A DNA stretch of 64,000 nucleotides. Origin: Eledone cirrhosa. Lineage: Eukaryota. Positions within the stretch are counted from its first letter, which is position 1, and each line of letters starts with the position of its first letter. The position numbers were made by a program, and so were the translations under genes. The notes under the pieces were generated by a model. The model made no database searches. It was not told the origin of the DNA and saw nothing but the letters and a program-made list of their open reading frames with translations. Shown piece by piece: positions 26,801 to 40,227 of the stretch. The DNA lies in the NCBI GenBank assembly GCA_964016885.1, contig OZ024744.1, positions 135,904,001 to 135,968,000 of the forward strand, read 5' to 3'.

Positions 26801-29800
26801 ATGTGTATGGATGAACTGAGAGAGAAACTAGGTATAAGAGGAATCAGATGTAGGAGAGGAGACTGTGTTGGTATAGACATGTGATGTGTATGGATGAACT
26901 GAGAGAGAAACTAGGTATAAGAGGAATCAGATATAGTGTGTAGGAGAGGAGACTGTGTTGGTATAGACATGTGATGTGTATAGATGAACTGCGAGAGAAA
27001 CTAGTTATAAGAGGAATCAGATGTAGGAGAGGTGATTGTGTGTGTATAGACAGAGGATGTGTATAGATGAACTGAGAGAGAAACTAGGTTTAACAGGAAT
27101 CAGATGTAGTGTGTAGGAGAGGAGACTGTGTTGGTATAGACATGTGATGTGTATGGATGAACTGAGAGAGAAACTAGGTATAAGAGGAATCAGATGTAGT
27201 GTGTAGGAGAGGAGACTGTGTTGGTATAGACATGTGATGAACAGAGATGAACTGAGAGAGAAACTAGGTATAAGAGGAATCAGATGTAGTGTGTAGGAGA
27301 GGAGACTGTCTTGCTATAGACATGTGATGTGTATAGATGAACTGAGAGAGAAACTAGGTATAAGAGGAATCAGATGTAGTGTGTAGGAGAGGAGACTGTG
27401 TTGGTATAGACATGTGATGTGTAATGATGAACTGAGAGAGAAACTAGGTATAAGAGGAATCAGATGTAGTGTGTAGGAGAGGAGACTGTGTTGGTATAGA
27501 CATGTGATGTGTATGGATGAACTGAGAGAGAAACTAGGTATAAGAGGAATCAGATGTAGTGTGTAGGAGAGGAGACTGTGTTGGTATAGACATGTGATGT
27601 GTATGGATGAACTGAGAGAGAAACTAGGTATAAGAGGAATCAGAGGTAGTGTGTAGGAGAGGAGACTGTGTTGGTATAGACATGTGATGTGTATGGATGG
27701 ACTGGGAGAGAAACTAGGTATAAGAGGAATCAGATGTAGGAGAGGTGATTGTGTTGGTATAGACATGGGATGTGTATAGATGAACTGAGAGAGAAACTAG
27801 GTTTAAGAGGAATCAGATGTAGGAGAGGAGACTGTGTTTGTATAGACATGTGATGTGTATGGATGAACTGAGAGAGAAACTAGGTTTAAGAGGAATCAGA
27901 TGTAGGAGAGGAGACTGTGTTAGTAGAGACATGGAATGTGTATGGATGAACTGAGAAAGAAACTAGGTATATGAGGAATCAGATGTAGGAGAGGAGACTG
28001 TTAGTATAGACATGGGATGTGTATGGATGAACTGAGAGAGAAACTAGGTATAAGAGGAATCAGATGTAGGAGAGGAGACTGTGTTGGTATAGACATGTGA
28101 TGTGTATGGATGAACTGAGAGAGAAACTAGGTATAAGAGGAATCAGATATAGTGTGTAGGAGAGGAGACTGTGTTGGTATAGACATGTGATGTGTATAGA
28201 TGAACTGAGAGAGAAACTAGTTGTAAGAGGAATCAGATGTAGGAGAGGAGACTGTGTTGGTATAGACAGGGGATGTGTATAGATGAACTGAGAGAGAAAC
28301 TAGGTTTAACAGGAATCAGATGTAGTGTGTAGGAGAGGAGACTGTGTTGGTATAGACATGTGATGTGTATGGATGAACTGAGAGAGAAACTAGGTATAAG
28401 AGGAATCAGATGTAGTGTGTAGGAGAGGTGACTGTGTTAGTATAGACATGTGATGAACTGAGAGAGAAACTAGGTATAAGAGGAATCAGATGTAGTGTGT
28501 AGGAGAGGAGACTGTGTTGGTATAGACATGTGATGAACAGAGATGAACAAGGTATAAGAGGAATCAGATGTAGTGTGTAGGAGAGGAGACTGTGTTGGTA
28601 TAGACATGTGATGTGTAATGATGAACTGAGAGAGAAACTAGGTATAAGAGGAATCAGATGTAGTGTGTAGGAGAGGAGACTGTGTTGGTATAGACATGTG
28701 ATGTGTATGGATGAACTGAGAGAGAAACTAGGTATAAGAGGAATCAGATGTAGTGTGTAGGAGAGAAGATTGTGTTTGTATAGACATGGGATGTGTATGG
28801 ATGAAGTGAGAGGGAAACTAGGTATAAGAAGAATCAGATGTAGTGTGTAGGAGAGGAGACTGTTTGTATAGACATGTGATGTGTATGGATGAACTGAGAG
28901 AGAAACTAGGTATAAGAAGAATCAGATGTAGTGTGTAGGAGAGGAGACTGTTTGTATAGACATGTGATGTGTATGGATGAACTGGGAGAGAAACTAGGTA
29001 TAAGAGGAATCAGATGTAGGAGAGGTGATTGTGTTGGTATAGACATGGGATGTGTATAGATGAACTGAGAGAGAAACTAGGTTTAAGAGGAATCAGATGT
29101 AGGAGAGGAGACTGTGTTAGTAGAGACATGGATTGTGTATGGATGAACTGAGAAAGAAACTAGGTGTAAGAGGAATCAGATGTAGGAGAGGAGACTGTTA
29201 GTATAGACATGGGATGTGTATGGATGAACTGAGAGAGAAACTAGGTATAAGAGGAATCAGATGTAGGAGAGGAGACTGTGTTGGTATAGACATGTGATGT
29301 GTATGGATGAACTGAGAGAGAAACTAGGTATAAGAGGAATCAGATGTAGTGTGTAGGAGAGGAGACTGTGTTGGTATAGACATGTGATGTGTATGGAGGA
29401 ACTGAGAGAGAAACTAGGTATAAGAGGAATCAGATGTAGGAGAGGTGATTGTGTGGGTATAGACAGGGGATGTGTATAGATGAACTGAGAGAGAAACTAG
29501 GTTTAACAGGAATCAGATGTAGTGTGTAGGAGAGGAGACTGTGTTGGTATAGACATGTGATGTGTATGGATGAACTGAGAGAGAAACTAGGTATAAGAGG
29601 AATCAGATGTAGTGTGTAGGAGAGGAGACTGTGTTGGTATAGACATGTGATGTGTATGGATGAACTGAGAGAGAAACTAGTTATAAGAGGAATCAGATGT
29701 AGTGTGTAGGAGAGGTGACTGTGTTAGTATAGACATGTGATGTGTAATGATGAACTGAGAGAGAAACTAGTTATAAGAGGAATCAGATGTAGTGTGTAGG

Positions 29801-32800
29801 AGAGGAGACTGTGTTGGTATAGACATGTGATGTGTATGGATGAAGTGAGAGGGAAACTAGGTATAAGAGGAATCAGATGTAGTGTGTAGGAGAGAAGACT
29901 GTCTTTGTATAGACATGGGATGTGTATGGATGAAGTGAGAGGGAAACTAGGTATAAGAAGAATCAGATGTAGTGTGTAGGAGAAGAGACTGTTTGTATAG
30001 ACATGTGATGTGTATGGATGAACTGAGAGAGAAACTAGGTATAAGAAGAATCAGATGTAGTGTGTAGGAGAGCAGACTGTTTGTATAGACATGTGATGTG
30101 TATGGATGAACTGGGAGAGAAACTAGGTATAAGAGGAAACAGATGTAGGAGAGGTGATTGTGTTGGTATAGACATGGGATGTGTATAGATGAACTGAGAG
30201 AGAAACTAGGTTTAAGAGGAATCAGATGTAGGAGAGGAGACTGTGTTAGTAGAGACATGGAATGTGTATGGATGAACTGAGACAGAAACTAGGTATAAGA
30301 GGAATCAGATGTAGGAAAGGAGACTGTGTTAGTATAGACATGGGATGTGTATGGATGAACTGAGAGAGAAACTAGGTATAAGAGGAATCAGATGTAGGAG
30401 AGGAGACTGTTAGTATAGACATGGGATGTGTATGGATGAACTGAGAGAGAAACTAGGTATAAGAGGAATCAGATGTAGGACAGGAGACTGTGTTGGTATA
30501 GACAGGGGATGTGTATGGATGAACTAAGAAAGAAACTATGAATAACAGGAATCAGATGTAGTGTGTAGGAGAGGAGACTGTGTTGGTATAGACATGTGAT
30601 GTGTATGGATGAACTGAGAGAGAAACTAGTTATAAGAGGAATCAGATGTAGGAGAGGTGATTGTGTGGGTATAGACAGGGGATGTGTATAGATGAACTGA
30701 GAGAGAAACTAGGTTTAACAGGAATCAGATGTAGTGTGTATGAGAGGAGACTGTGTTGGTATAGATATGTGATGAACAGAGATAAACAAGGTATAAGAGG
30801 AATCAGATGTAGTGTGTAGGATAGGAGACTGTGTTTGTATAGACATGGGATGTGTATGGATGAACTGAGAGAGAAACTAGGTTTAAAAGGAATCAGATGT
30901 AGTGCGTAGGAGAGGAGACTGTGTTGGTATAGACATGTGATGTGTATGGATGAACTGAGAGAGAAACTAGTTATGAGAGGAATCAGATGTAGTGTGTAGG
31001 AGAGGTGACTGTGTTAGTATAGACATGTGATGTGTATAGATGAAGTGAGAGAGAAACTAGGTATAAGAAGAATCAGATGTAGTGTGTAGGAGAGGAGACT
31101 GTTTGTATAGACCTGTGATGTGTATGGATGAACTGAGAGAGAAACTAGGTATAAGAGGAATCAGATGTAGTGTGTAGGAGAGGAGACTATTTGTATAGAC
31201 ATGTGATGTGTATGGATGAACTGAGAGAGAAACTAGGTATAAGAGGAATCAGATGTAGGAGAGGACACTGTGTTGGTATAGACAGGGGATGTGTATGGAT
31301 GAACTAAGAAAGAAACTATGTATGACAGGAATCAGATGTAGTGTGTAGGAGAGGAGACCGTGTTTGTATAGACATGGGATGTGTATGGATGAACTGAGAG
31401 AGAAACTAGGTATAAGAGGAATCAGATGTAGTTTGTAGGGGAGGAGACTGTGTTTGTATAGACATGGGATGTGTATGGATGAACTAAGAAAGAAACTATG
31501 TATAACAGGAATCAGATGTAGTGTGTAGGAGAGGAGACTGTGTTGGTATAGACATGTGATGTGTATGGATGCACTAAGAGTGAAACTAGGTATAAGAGGA
31601 ATCAGATGTAGTGTGTAGGAGAGAAGACTGTGTTTGTATAGACACGGGATGTGTATGGATGAACTGAGAGAGAAACTAGGTATAAGAGGAATCAGATGTA
31701 ATGTGTAGGATAGGAGACTGTGTTTGTATAGACATGGGATGTGTATGGATGAACTGTGAGAGAAACTAGTTATGAGAGGAATCAGATGTAGGAGAGGTGA
31801 TTGTGTTGGTTTAGACATGTGATGTGTATGGATGAACTGAGAGAGAAACTAGGTATAAGAGGAATCAGATGTAGGAGAGGAGACTGTGTTGGTATAGACA
31901 TGTGATGTGTATGGATGAACTAAGAAAGAAACAATGTATAACAGGAATCAGATGTACTGTGTAGGAGAGGAGACTGTGTTGGTATAGACATGTGATGAAC
32001 TGAGAGAAAAACTATGTATAAGAGGAATCAGATGTAGTGTGTAGGAGAGGAGACTGTGTGGGTATAGACATGTGATGTGTATGGATGAGCTGAGAGATAA
32101 ACTAGGTATAAGAGGAATCAGATGTAGTGTGTAGGAGAGGTGACTGTGTTAGTATAGACATCTGATGAACTGAGAGAGAAACTAGGTATAAGAGGAATCA
32201 GATGTAGTGTGTAGGAGAGGAGACTGTGTTGGTATAGACATGTGATGAACAGAGATGAACTGAGAGAGAAACTAGGTATAAGAGGAATCAGATGTAGTGT
32301 GTAGGAGAGGAGACTGTCTTGCTATAGACATGTGATGTGTATAGATGAACTGAGAGAGAAACTAGGTATAAGAGGAATCAGATGTAGTGTGTAGGAGAGG
32401 AGATTGTGTTGGTATAGACATGTGATGTGTAATGATGAACTGAGAGAGAAACTAGGTATAAGAGGAATCAGATGTAGTGTGTAGGAGAGGAGACTGTGTT
32501 GGTATAGACATGTGATGTGTATGGATGAACTGAGAGAGAAACTAGGTATAAGAGGAATCAGATGTAGTGTGTAGGAGAGGAGACTGTGTTGGTATAGACA
32601 TGTGATGTGTATGGATGAACTGAGAGAGAAACTAGGTATAAGAGGAATCAGATGTAGTGTGTAGGAGAGAAGATTGTGTTTGTATAGACATGGGATGTGT
32701 ATGGATGAAGTGAGAGGGAAACTAGGTATAAGAAGAATCAGATGTAGTGTGTAGGAGAGGAGACTGTTTGTATAGACATGTGATGTGTATGGATGAACTG

Positions 32801-35800
32801 AGAGAGAAACTAGGTATAAGAAGAATCAGATGTAGTGTGTAGGAGAGGAGACTGTGTTGGTATAGACATGTGATGTGTATGGATGGACTGGGAGAGAAAC
32901 TAGGTATAAGAGGAATCAGATGTAGGAGAGGTGATTGTGTTGGTATAGACATGGGATGTGTATAGATGAACTGAGAGAGAAACAAGGTTTAAGAGGAATC
33001 AGATGTAGGAGAGGAGACTGTGTTGGTATAGACATGTGATGTGTATGGATGAACTGAGAGAGAAACTAGGTATAAGAGGAATCAGATGTAGTGTGTAGGA
33101 GAGGAGACTGTGTTGGTATAGACATGTGATGTGTATGGATGAACTGAGAGAGAAACTAGTTATAAGAGGAATCAGATGTAGTGTGTAGGAGAGGTGACTG
33201 TGTTAGTATAGACATGTGATGAAGTGAGAGAGGAACTAGGTATAAGAGGAATCAGATGTAGTGTGTAGGAGAGGAGACTGTGTTGGTATAGACATGTGAT
33301 GAACAGAGATGAACAAGGTATAAGAGGAATCAGATGTAGTGTGTAGGAGAGGGGACTGTGTTGGTATAGACATGTGATGTGTAATGATGAACTGAGAGAG
33401 AAACTAGTTATAAGAGGAATCAGATGTAGTGTGTAGGAGAGGAGACTGTGTTGGTATAGACATGTGATGTGTATGGATGAAGTGAGAGGGAAACTAGGTA
33501 TAAGAGGAATCAGATGTAGTGTGTAGGAGAGAAGACTGTGTTTGTATAGATATGTGATGAACAGAGATAAACAAGGTATAAGAGGAATCAGATGTAGTGT
33601 GTAGGATAGGAGACTGTGTTTGTATAGACATGGGATGTGTATGGATGAACTGAGAGAGAAACTAGGTATAAGAGGAATCAGATATAGGAGAGGAGACTGT
33701 GTTGGTATAGACATGTGATGTGTATGGATGAACTGAGAGAGAAACTAGGTATAAGAGGAATCAGATGTAGGAGAGGAGACTGTGTTGGTATAGACATGTG
33801 ATGTGTATGGATGAACTGAGAGAGAAACTAGGTATAAGAGGAATCAGATGTAGGAGAGGAGACTGTGTTGGTATAGACATGTGATGTGTATGGATAAACT
33901 GAGAGAGAAACTAGGTATATATAGGAATCAGATGTAGTGTGTAGGAGAGGAGACTGTGTTGGTATAGACATGTGATGTGTAATGATGAACTGAGAGAGAA
34001 ACTAGGTATAAGAGGAATCAGATGTAGTGTGTAGGAGAGTAGACTTTGTTGGTATAGACATGGGATGTGTATGGATGAAGTGAGAGGGAACCTAGGTATA
34101 AGAAGAATCAGATGTAGTGTGTAGGATAGGAGACTGTGTTGGTATAGACAAGTGATGTGTATGGATGAAATGAGAGAGAAACTAGGTATAAGAGGAATCA
34201 GATGTAGTGTGTAGGAGAGAAGACTGTGTTTGTATAGACATGGGAGGTGTATGGATGAAGTGAGAGGGAAACTAGGTATGAGAAGAATCAGATGTAGTGT
34301 GTAGGAGAGGAGACTGTTTGTATAGACATGTGATGTGTATGGATGAACTGAGAGAGAAACTAGGTATAAGAGGAATCAGATGTAGTGTGTAGGAGAGGAG
34401 ACTGTGTTGGTATAGGCATGTGATGTGTATGGATAAACTGAGAGAGAAACTAGGTATAAGAGGAATCAGATGTAGTGTGTAGGAGAGGAGACTGTGTTGG
34501 TATAGACATATGATGTGTATGGATGAAGTGAGAGAGAAACTAGGTATGAGAAAAATCAGATGTAGTGTGTAGGAGAGGAGACTGTTTGTATAGACATGTG
34601 ATGTGTATGGATGAACTGAGAGAGAAACTAGGTATAAGAAGAATCAGATGTAGTGTGTAGGAGAGGAGACTGTTTGTATAGACATGTGATATGTATGGAT
34701 GAACTGGGAGAGAAACTAGGTATAAGAGGAATCAGTTGTAGGAGAGGTGATTGTGTTGGTATAGACATGGGATGCGTATAGATGAACTGAGAGAGAAACT
34801 AGGTTTAAGAGGAATCAGATGTAGGAGAGGAGACTGTGTTTGTATAGACATGTGATGTGTATGGATGAACTGAGAGAGAAACTAGGTTTAAGAGGAATCA
34901 GATGTAGGAGAGGAGACTGTGTTAGTAGAGACATGGAATGTGTATGGATGAACTGAGAAAGAATCTAGGTATATGAGGAATCAGATGTAGGAGAGGAGAC
35001 TGTTAGTATAGACATGGGATGTGTATGGATGAACTGAGAGAGAAACTAGGTATAAGAGGAATCAGATGTAGGAGAGGAGACTGTGTTGGTATAGACATGT
35101 GATGTGTATGGATGAACTGAGAGAGAAACTAGGTATAAGAGGAATCAGATATAGTGTGTAGGAGAGGAGACTGTGTTGGTATAGACATGTGATGTGTATA
35201 GATGAACTGCGAGAGAAACTAGTTATAAGAGGAATCAGATGTAGGAGAGGTGATTGTGTGTGTATAGACAGAGGATGTGTATAGATGAACTGAGAGAGAA
35301 ACTAGGTTTAACAGGAATCAGATGTAGTGTGTAGGAGAGGAGACTGTGTTGGTATAGACATGTGATGTGTATGGATGAACTGAGAGAGAAACTAGGTATA
35401 AGAGGAATCAGATGTAGTGTGTAGGAGAGGTGACTGTGTTAGTATAGACATGTGATGAACTGAGAGAGAAACTAGGTATAAGAGGAATCAGATGTAGTGT
35501 GTAGGAGAGGAGACTGTGTTGGTATAGACATGTGATGAACAGAGATGAACTGAGAGAGAAACTAGGTATAAGAGGAATCAGATGTAGTGTGTAGGAGAGG
35601 AGACTGTCTTGCTATAGACATGTGATGTGTATAGATGAACTGAGAGAGAAACTAGGTATAAGAGGAATCAGATGTAGTGTGTAGGAGAGGAGACTGTGTT
35701 GGTATAGACATGTGATGTGTAATGATGAACTGAGAGAGAAACTAGGTATAAGAGGAATCAGATGTAGTGTGTAGGAGAGGAGACTGTGTTGGTATAGACA

Positions 35801-38800
35801 TGTGATGTGTATGGATGAACTGAGAGAGAAACTAGGTATAAGAGGAATCAGATGTAGTGTGTAGGAGAGGAGACTGTGTTGGTATAGACATGTGATGTGT
35901 ATGGATGAACTGAGAGAGAAACTAGGTATAAGAGGAATCAGAGGTAGTGTGTAGGAGAGGAGACTGTGTTGGTATAGACATGTGATGTGTATGGATGGAC
36001 TGGGAGAGAAACTAGGTATAAGAGGAATCAGATGTAGGAGAGGTGATTGTGTTGGTATAGACATGGGATGTGTATAGATGAACTGAGAGAGAAACTAGGT
36101 TTAAGAGGAATCAGATGTAGGAGAGGAGACTGTGTTTGTATAGACATGTGATGTGTATGGATGAACTGAGAGAGAAACTAGGTTTAAGAGGAATCAGATG
36201 TAGGAGAGGAGACTGTGTTAGTAGAGACATGGAATGTGTATGGATGAACTGAGAAAGAAACTAGGTATATGAGGAATCAGATGTAGGAGAGGAGACTGTT
36301 AGTATAGACATGGGATGTGTATGGATGAACTGAGAGAGAAACTAGGTATAAGAGGAATCAGATGTAGGAGAGGAGACTGTGTTGGTATAGACATGTGAAG
36401 TGTATGGATGAACTGAGAGAGAAACTAGGTATAAGAGGAATCAGATATAGTGTGTAGGAGAGGAGACTGTGTTGGTATAGACATGTGATGTGTATAGATG
36501 AACTGAGAGAGAAACTAGTTGTAAGAGGAATCAGATGTAGGAGAGGAGACTGTGTTGGTATAGACAGGGGATGTGTATAGATGAACTGAGAGAGAAACTA
36601 GGTTTAACAGGAATCAGATGTAGTGTGTAGGAGAGGAGACTGTGTTGGTATAGACATGTGATGTGTATGGATGAACTGAGAGAGAAACTAGGTATAAGAG
36701 GAATCAGATGTAGTGTGTAGGAGAGGTGACTGTGTTAGTATAGACATGTGATGAACTGAGAGAGAAACTAGGTATAAGAGGAATCAGATGTAGTGTGTAG
36801 GAGAGGAGACTGTGTTGGTATAGACATGTGATGAACAGAGATGAACAAGGTATAAGAGGAATCAGATGTAGTGTGTAGGAGAGGAGACTGTGTTGGTATA
36901 GACATGTGATGTGTAATGATGAACTGAGAGAGAAACTAGGTATAAGAGGAATCAGATGTAGTGTGTAGGAGAGGAGACTGTGTTGGTATAGACATGTGAT
37001 GTGTATGGATGAACTGAGAGAGAAACTAGGTATAAGAGGAATCAGATGTAGTGTGTAGGAGAGAAGATTGTGTTTGTATAGACATGGGATGTGTATGGAT
37101 GAAGTGAGAGGGAAACTAGGTATAAGAAGAATCAGATGTAGTGTGTAGGAGAGGAGACTGTTTGTATAGACATGTGATGTGTATGGATGAACTGAGAGAG
37201 AAACTAGGTATAAGAAGAATCAGATGTAGTGTGTAGGAGAGGAGACTGTTTGTATAGACATGTGATGTGTATGGATGAACTGGGAGAGAAACTAGGTATA
37301 AGAGGAATCAGATGTAGGAGAGGTGATTGTGTTGGTATAGACATGGGATGTGTATAGATGAACTGAGAGAGAAACTAGGTTTAAGAGGAATCAGATGTAG
37401 GAGAGGAGACTGTGTTAGTAGAGACATGGATTGTGTATGGATGAACTGAGAAAGAAACTAGGTGTAAGAGGAATCAGATGTAGGAGAGGAGACTGTTAGT
37501 ATAGACATGGGATGTGTATGGATGAACTGAGAGAGAAACTAGGTATAAGAGGAATCAGATGTAGGAGAGGAGACTGTGTTGGTATAGACATGTGATGTGT
37601 ATGGATGAACTGAGAGAGAAACTAGGTATAAGAGGAATCAGATGTAGTGTGTAGGAGAGGAGACTGTGTTGGTATAGACATGTGATGTGTATGGAGGAAC
37701 TGAGAGAGAAACTAGGTATAAGAGGAATCAGATGTAGGAGAGGTGATTGTGTGGGTATAGACAGGGGATGTGTATAGATGAACTGAGAGAGAAACTAGGT
37801 TTAACAGGAATCAGATGTAGTGTGTAGGAGAGGAGACTGTGTTGGTATAGACATGTGATGTGTATGGATGAACTGAGAGAGAAACTAGGTATAAGAGGAA
37901 TCAGATGTAGTGTGTAGGAGAGGAGACTGTGTTGGTATAGACATGTGATGTGTATGGATGAACTGAGAGAGAAACTAGTTATAAGAGGAATCAGATGTAG
38001 TGTGTAGGAGAGGTGACTGTGTTAGTATAGACATGTGATGTGTAATGATGAACTGAGAGAGAAACTAGTTATAAGAGGAATCAGATGTAGTGTGTAGGAG
38101 AGGAGACTGTGTTGGTATAGACATGTGATGTGTATGGATGAAGTGAGAGGGAAACTAGGTATAAGAGGAATCAGATGTAGTGTGTAGGAGAGAAGACTGT
38201 CTTTGTATAGACATGGGATGTGTATGGATGAAGTGAGAGGGAAACTAGGTATAAGAAGAATCAGATGTAGTGTGTAGGAGAAGAGACTGTTTGTATAGAC
38301 ATGTGATGTGTATGGATGAACTGAGAGAGAAACTAGGTATAAGAAGAATCAGATGTAGTGTGTAGGAGAGCAGACTGTTTGTATAGACATGTGATGTGTA
38401 TGGATGAACTGGGAGAGAAACTAGGTATAAGAGGAAACAGATGTAGGAGAGGTGATTGTGTTGGTATAGACATGGGATGTGTATAGATGAACTGAGAGAG
38501 AAACTAGGTTTAAGAGGAATCAGATGTAGGAGAGGAGACTGTGTTAGTAGAGACATGGAATGTGTATGGATGAACTGAGACAGAAACTAGGTATAAGAGG
38601 AATCAGATGTAGGAAAGGAGACTGTGTTAGTATAGACATGGGATGTGTATGGATGAACTGAGAGAGAAACTAGGTATAAGAGGAATCAGATGTAGGAGAG
38701 GAGACTGTTAGTATAGACATGGGATGTGTATGGATGAACTGAGAGAGAAACTAGGTATAAGAGGAATCAGATGTAGGACAGGAGACTGTGTTGGTATAGA

Positions 38801-40227
38801 CAGGGGATGTGTATGGATGAACTAAGAAAGAAACTATGAATAACAGGAATCAGATGTAGTGTGTAGGAGAGGAGACTGTGTTGGTATAGACATGTGATGT
38901 GTATGGATGAACTGAGAGAGAAACTAGTTATAAGAGGAATCAGATGTAGGAGAGGTGATTGTGTGGGTATAGACAGGGGATGTGTATAGATGAACTGAGA
39001 GAGAAACTAGGTTTAACAGGAATCAGATGTAGTGTGTAGGAGAGGAGACTGTGTTGGTATAGATATGTGATGAACAGAGATAAACAAGGTATAAGAGGAA
39101 TCAGATGTAGTGTGTAGGATAGGAGACTGTGTTTGTATAGACATGGGATGTGTATGGATGAACTGAGAGAGAAACTAGGTTTAAAAGGAATCAGATGTAG
39201 TGCGTAGGAGAGGAGACTGTGTTGGTATAGACATGTGATGTGTATGGATGAACTGAGAGAGAAACTAGTTATGAGAGGAATCAGATGTAGTGTGTAGGAG
39301 AGGTGACTGTGTTAGTATAGACATGTGATGTGTATAGATGAAGTGAGAGAGAAACTAGGTATAAGAAGAATCAGATGTAGTGTGTAGGAGAGGAGACTGT
39401 TTGTATAGACCTGTGATGTGTATGGATGAACTGAGAGAGAAACTAGGTATAAGAGGAATCAGATGTAGTGTGTAGGAGAGGAGACTATTTGTATAGACAT
39501 GTGATGTGTATGGATGAACTGAGAGAGAAACTAGGTATAAGAGGAATCAGATGTAGTTTGTAGGGGAGGAGACTGTGTTTGTATAGACATGGGATGTGTA
39601 TGGATGAACTAAGAAAGAAACTATGTATAACAGGAATCAGATGTAGTGTGTAGGAGAGGAGACTGTGTTGGTATAGACATGTGATGTGTATGGATGCACT
39701 AAGAGTGAAACTAGGTATAAGAGGAATCAGATGTAGTGTGTAGGAGAGAAGACTGTGTTTGTATAGACACGGGATGTGTATGGATGAACTGAGAGAGAAA
39801 CTAGGTATAAGAGGAATCAGATGTAATGTGTAGGATAGGAGACTGTGTTTGTATAGACATGGGATGTGTATGGATGAACTGTGAGAGAAACTAGTTATGA
39901 GAGGAATCAGATGTAGGAGAGGTGATTGTGTTGGTTTAGACATGTGATGTGTATGGATGAACTGAGAGAGAAACTAGGTATAAGAGGAATCAGATGTAGG
40001 AGAGGAGACTGTGTTGGTATAGACATGTGATGTGTATGGATGAACTAAGAAAGAAACAATGTATAACAGGAATCAGATGTACTGTGTAGGAGAGGAGACT
40101 GTGTTGGTATAGACATGTGATGAACTGAGAGAAAAACTATGTATAAGAGGAATCAGATGTAGTGTGTAGGAGAGGAGACTGTGTGGGTATAGACATGTGA
40201 TGTGTATGGATGAGCTGAGAGATAAAC
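23881..40227 (+). repeat. Higher-order tandem duplication, unit ~8.2 kb (about 23,881-32,100 and 32,099-40,227)
   Basis: Offsets are 8,218 (24504/32722, 24954/33172), then 8,298 (27314/35612, 29947/38245), then 8,125 (31818/39943). The shifts equal whole monomers (+80, -173). The marker CATCTGATGAAC occurs near 23,941 and 32,159. Confidence 0.92.
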
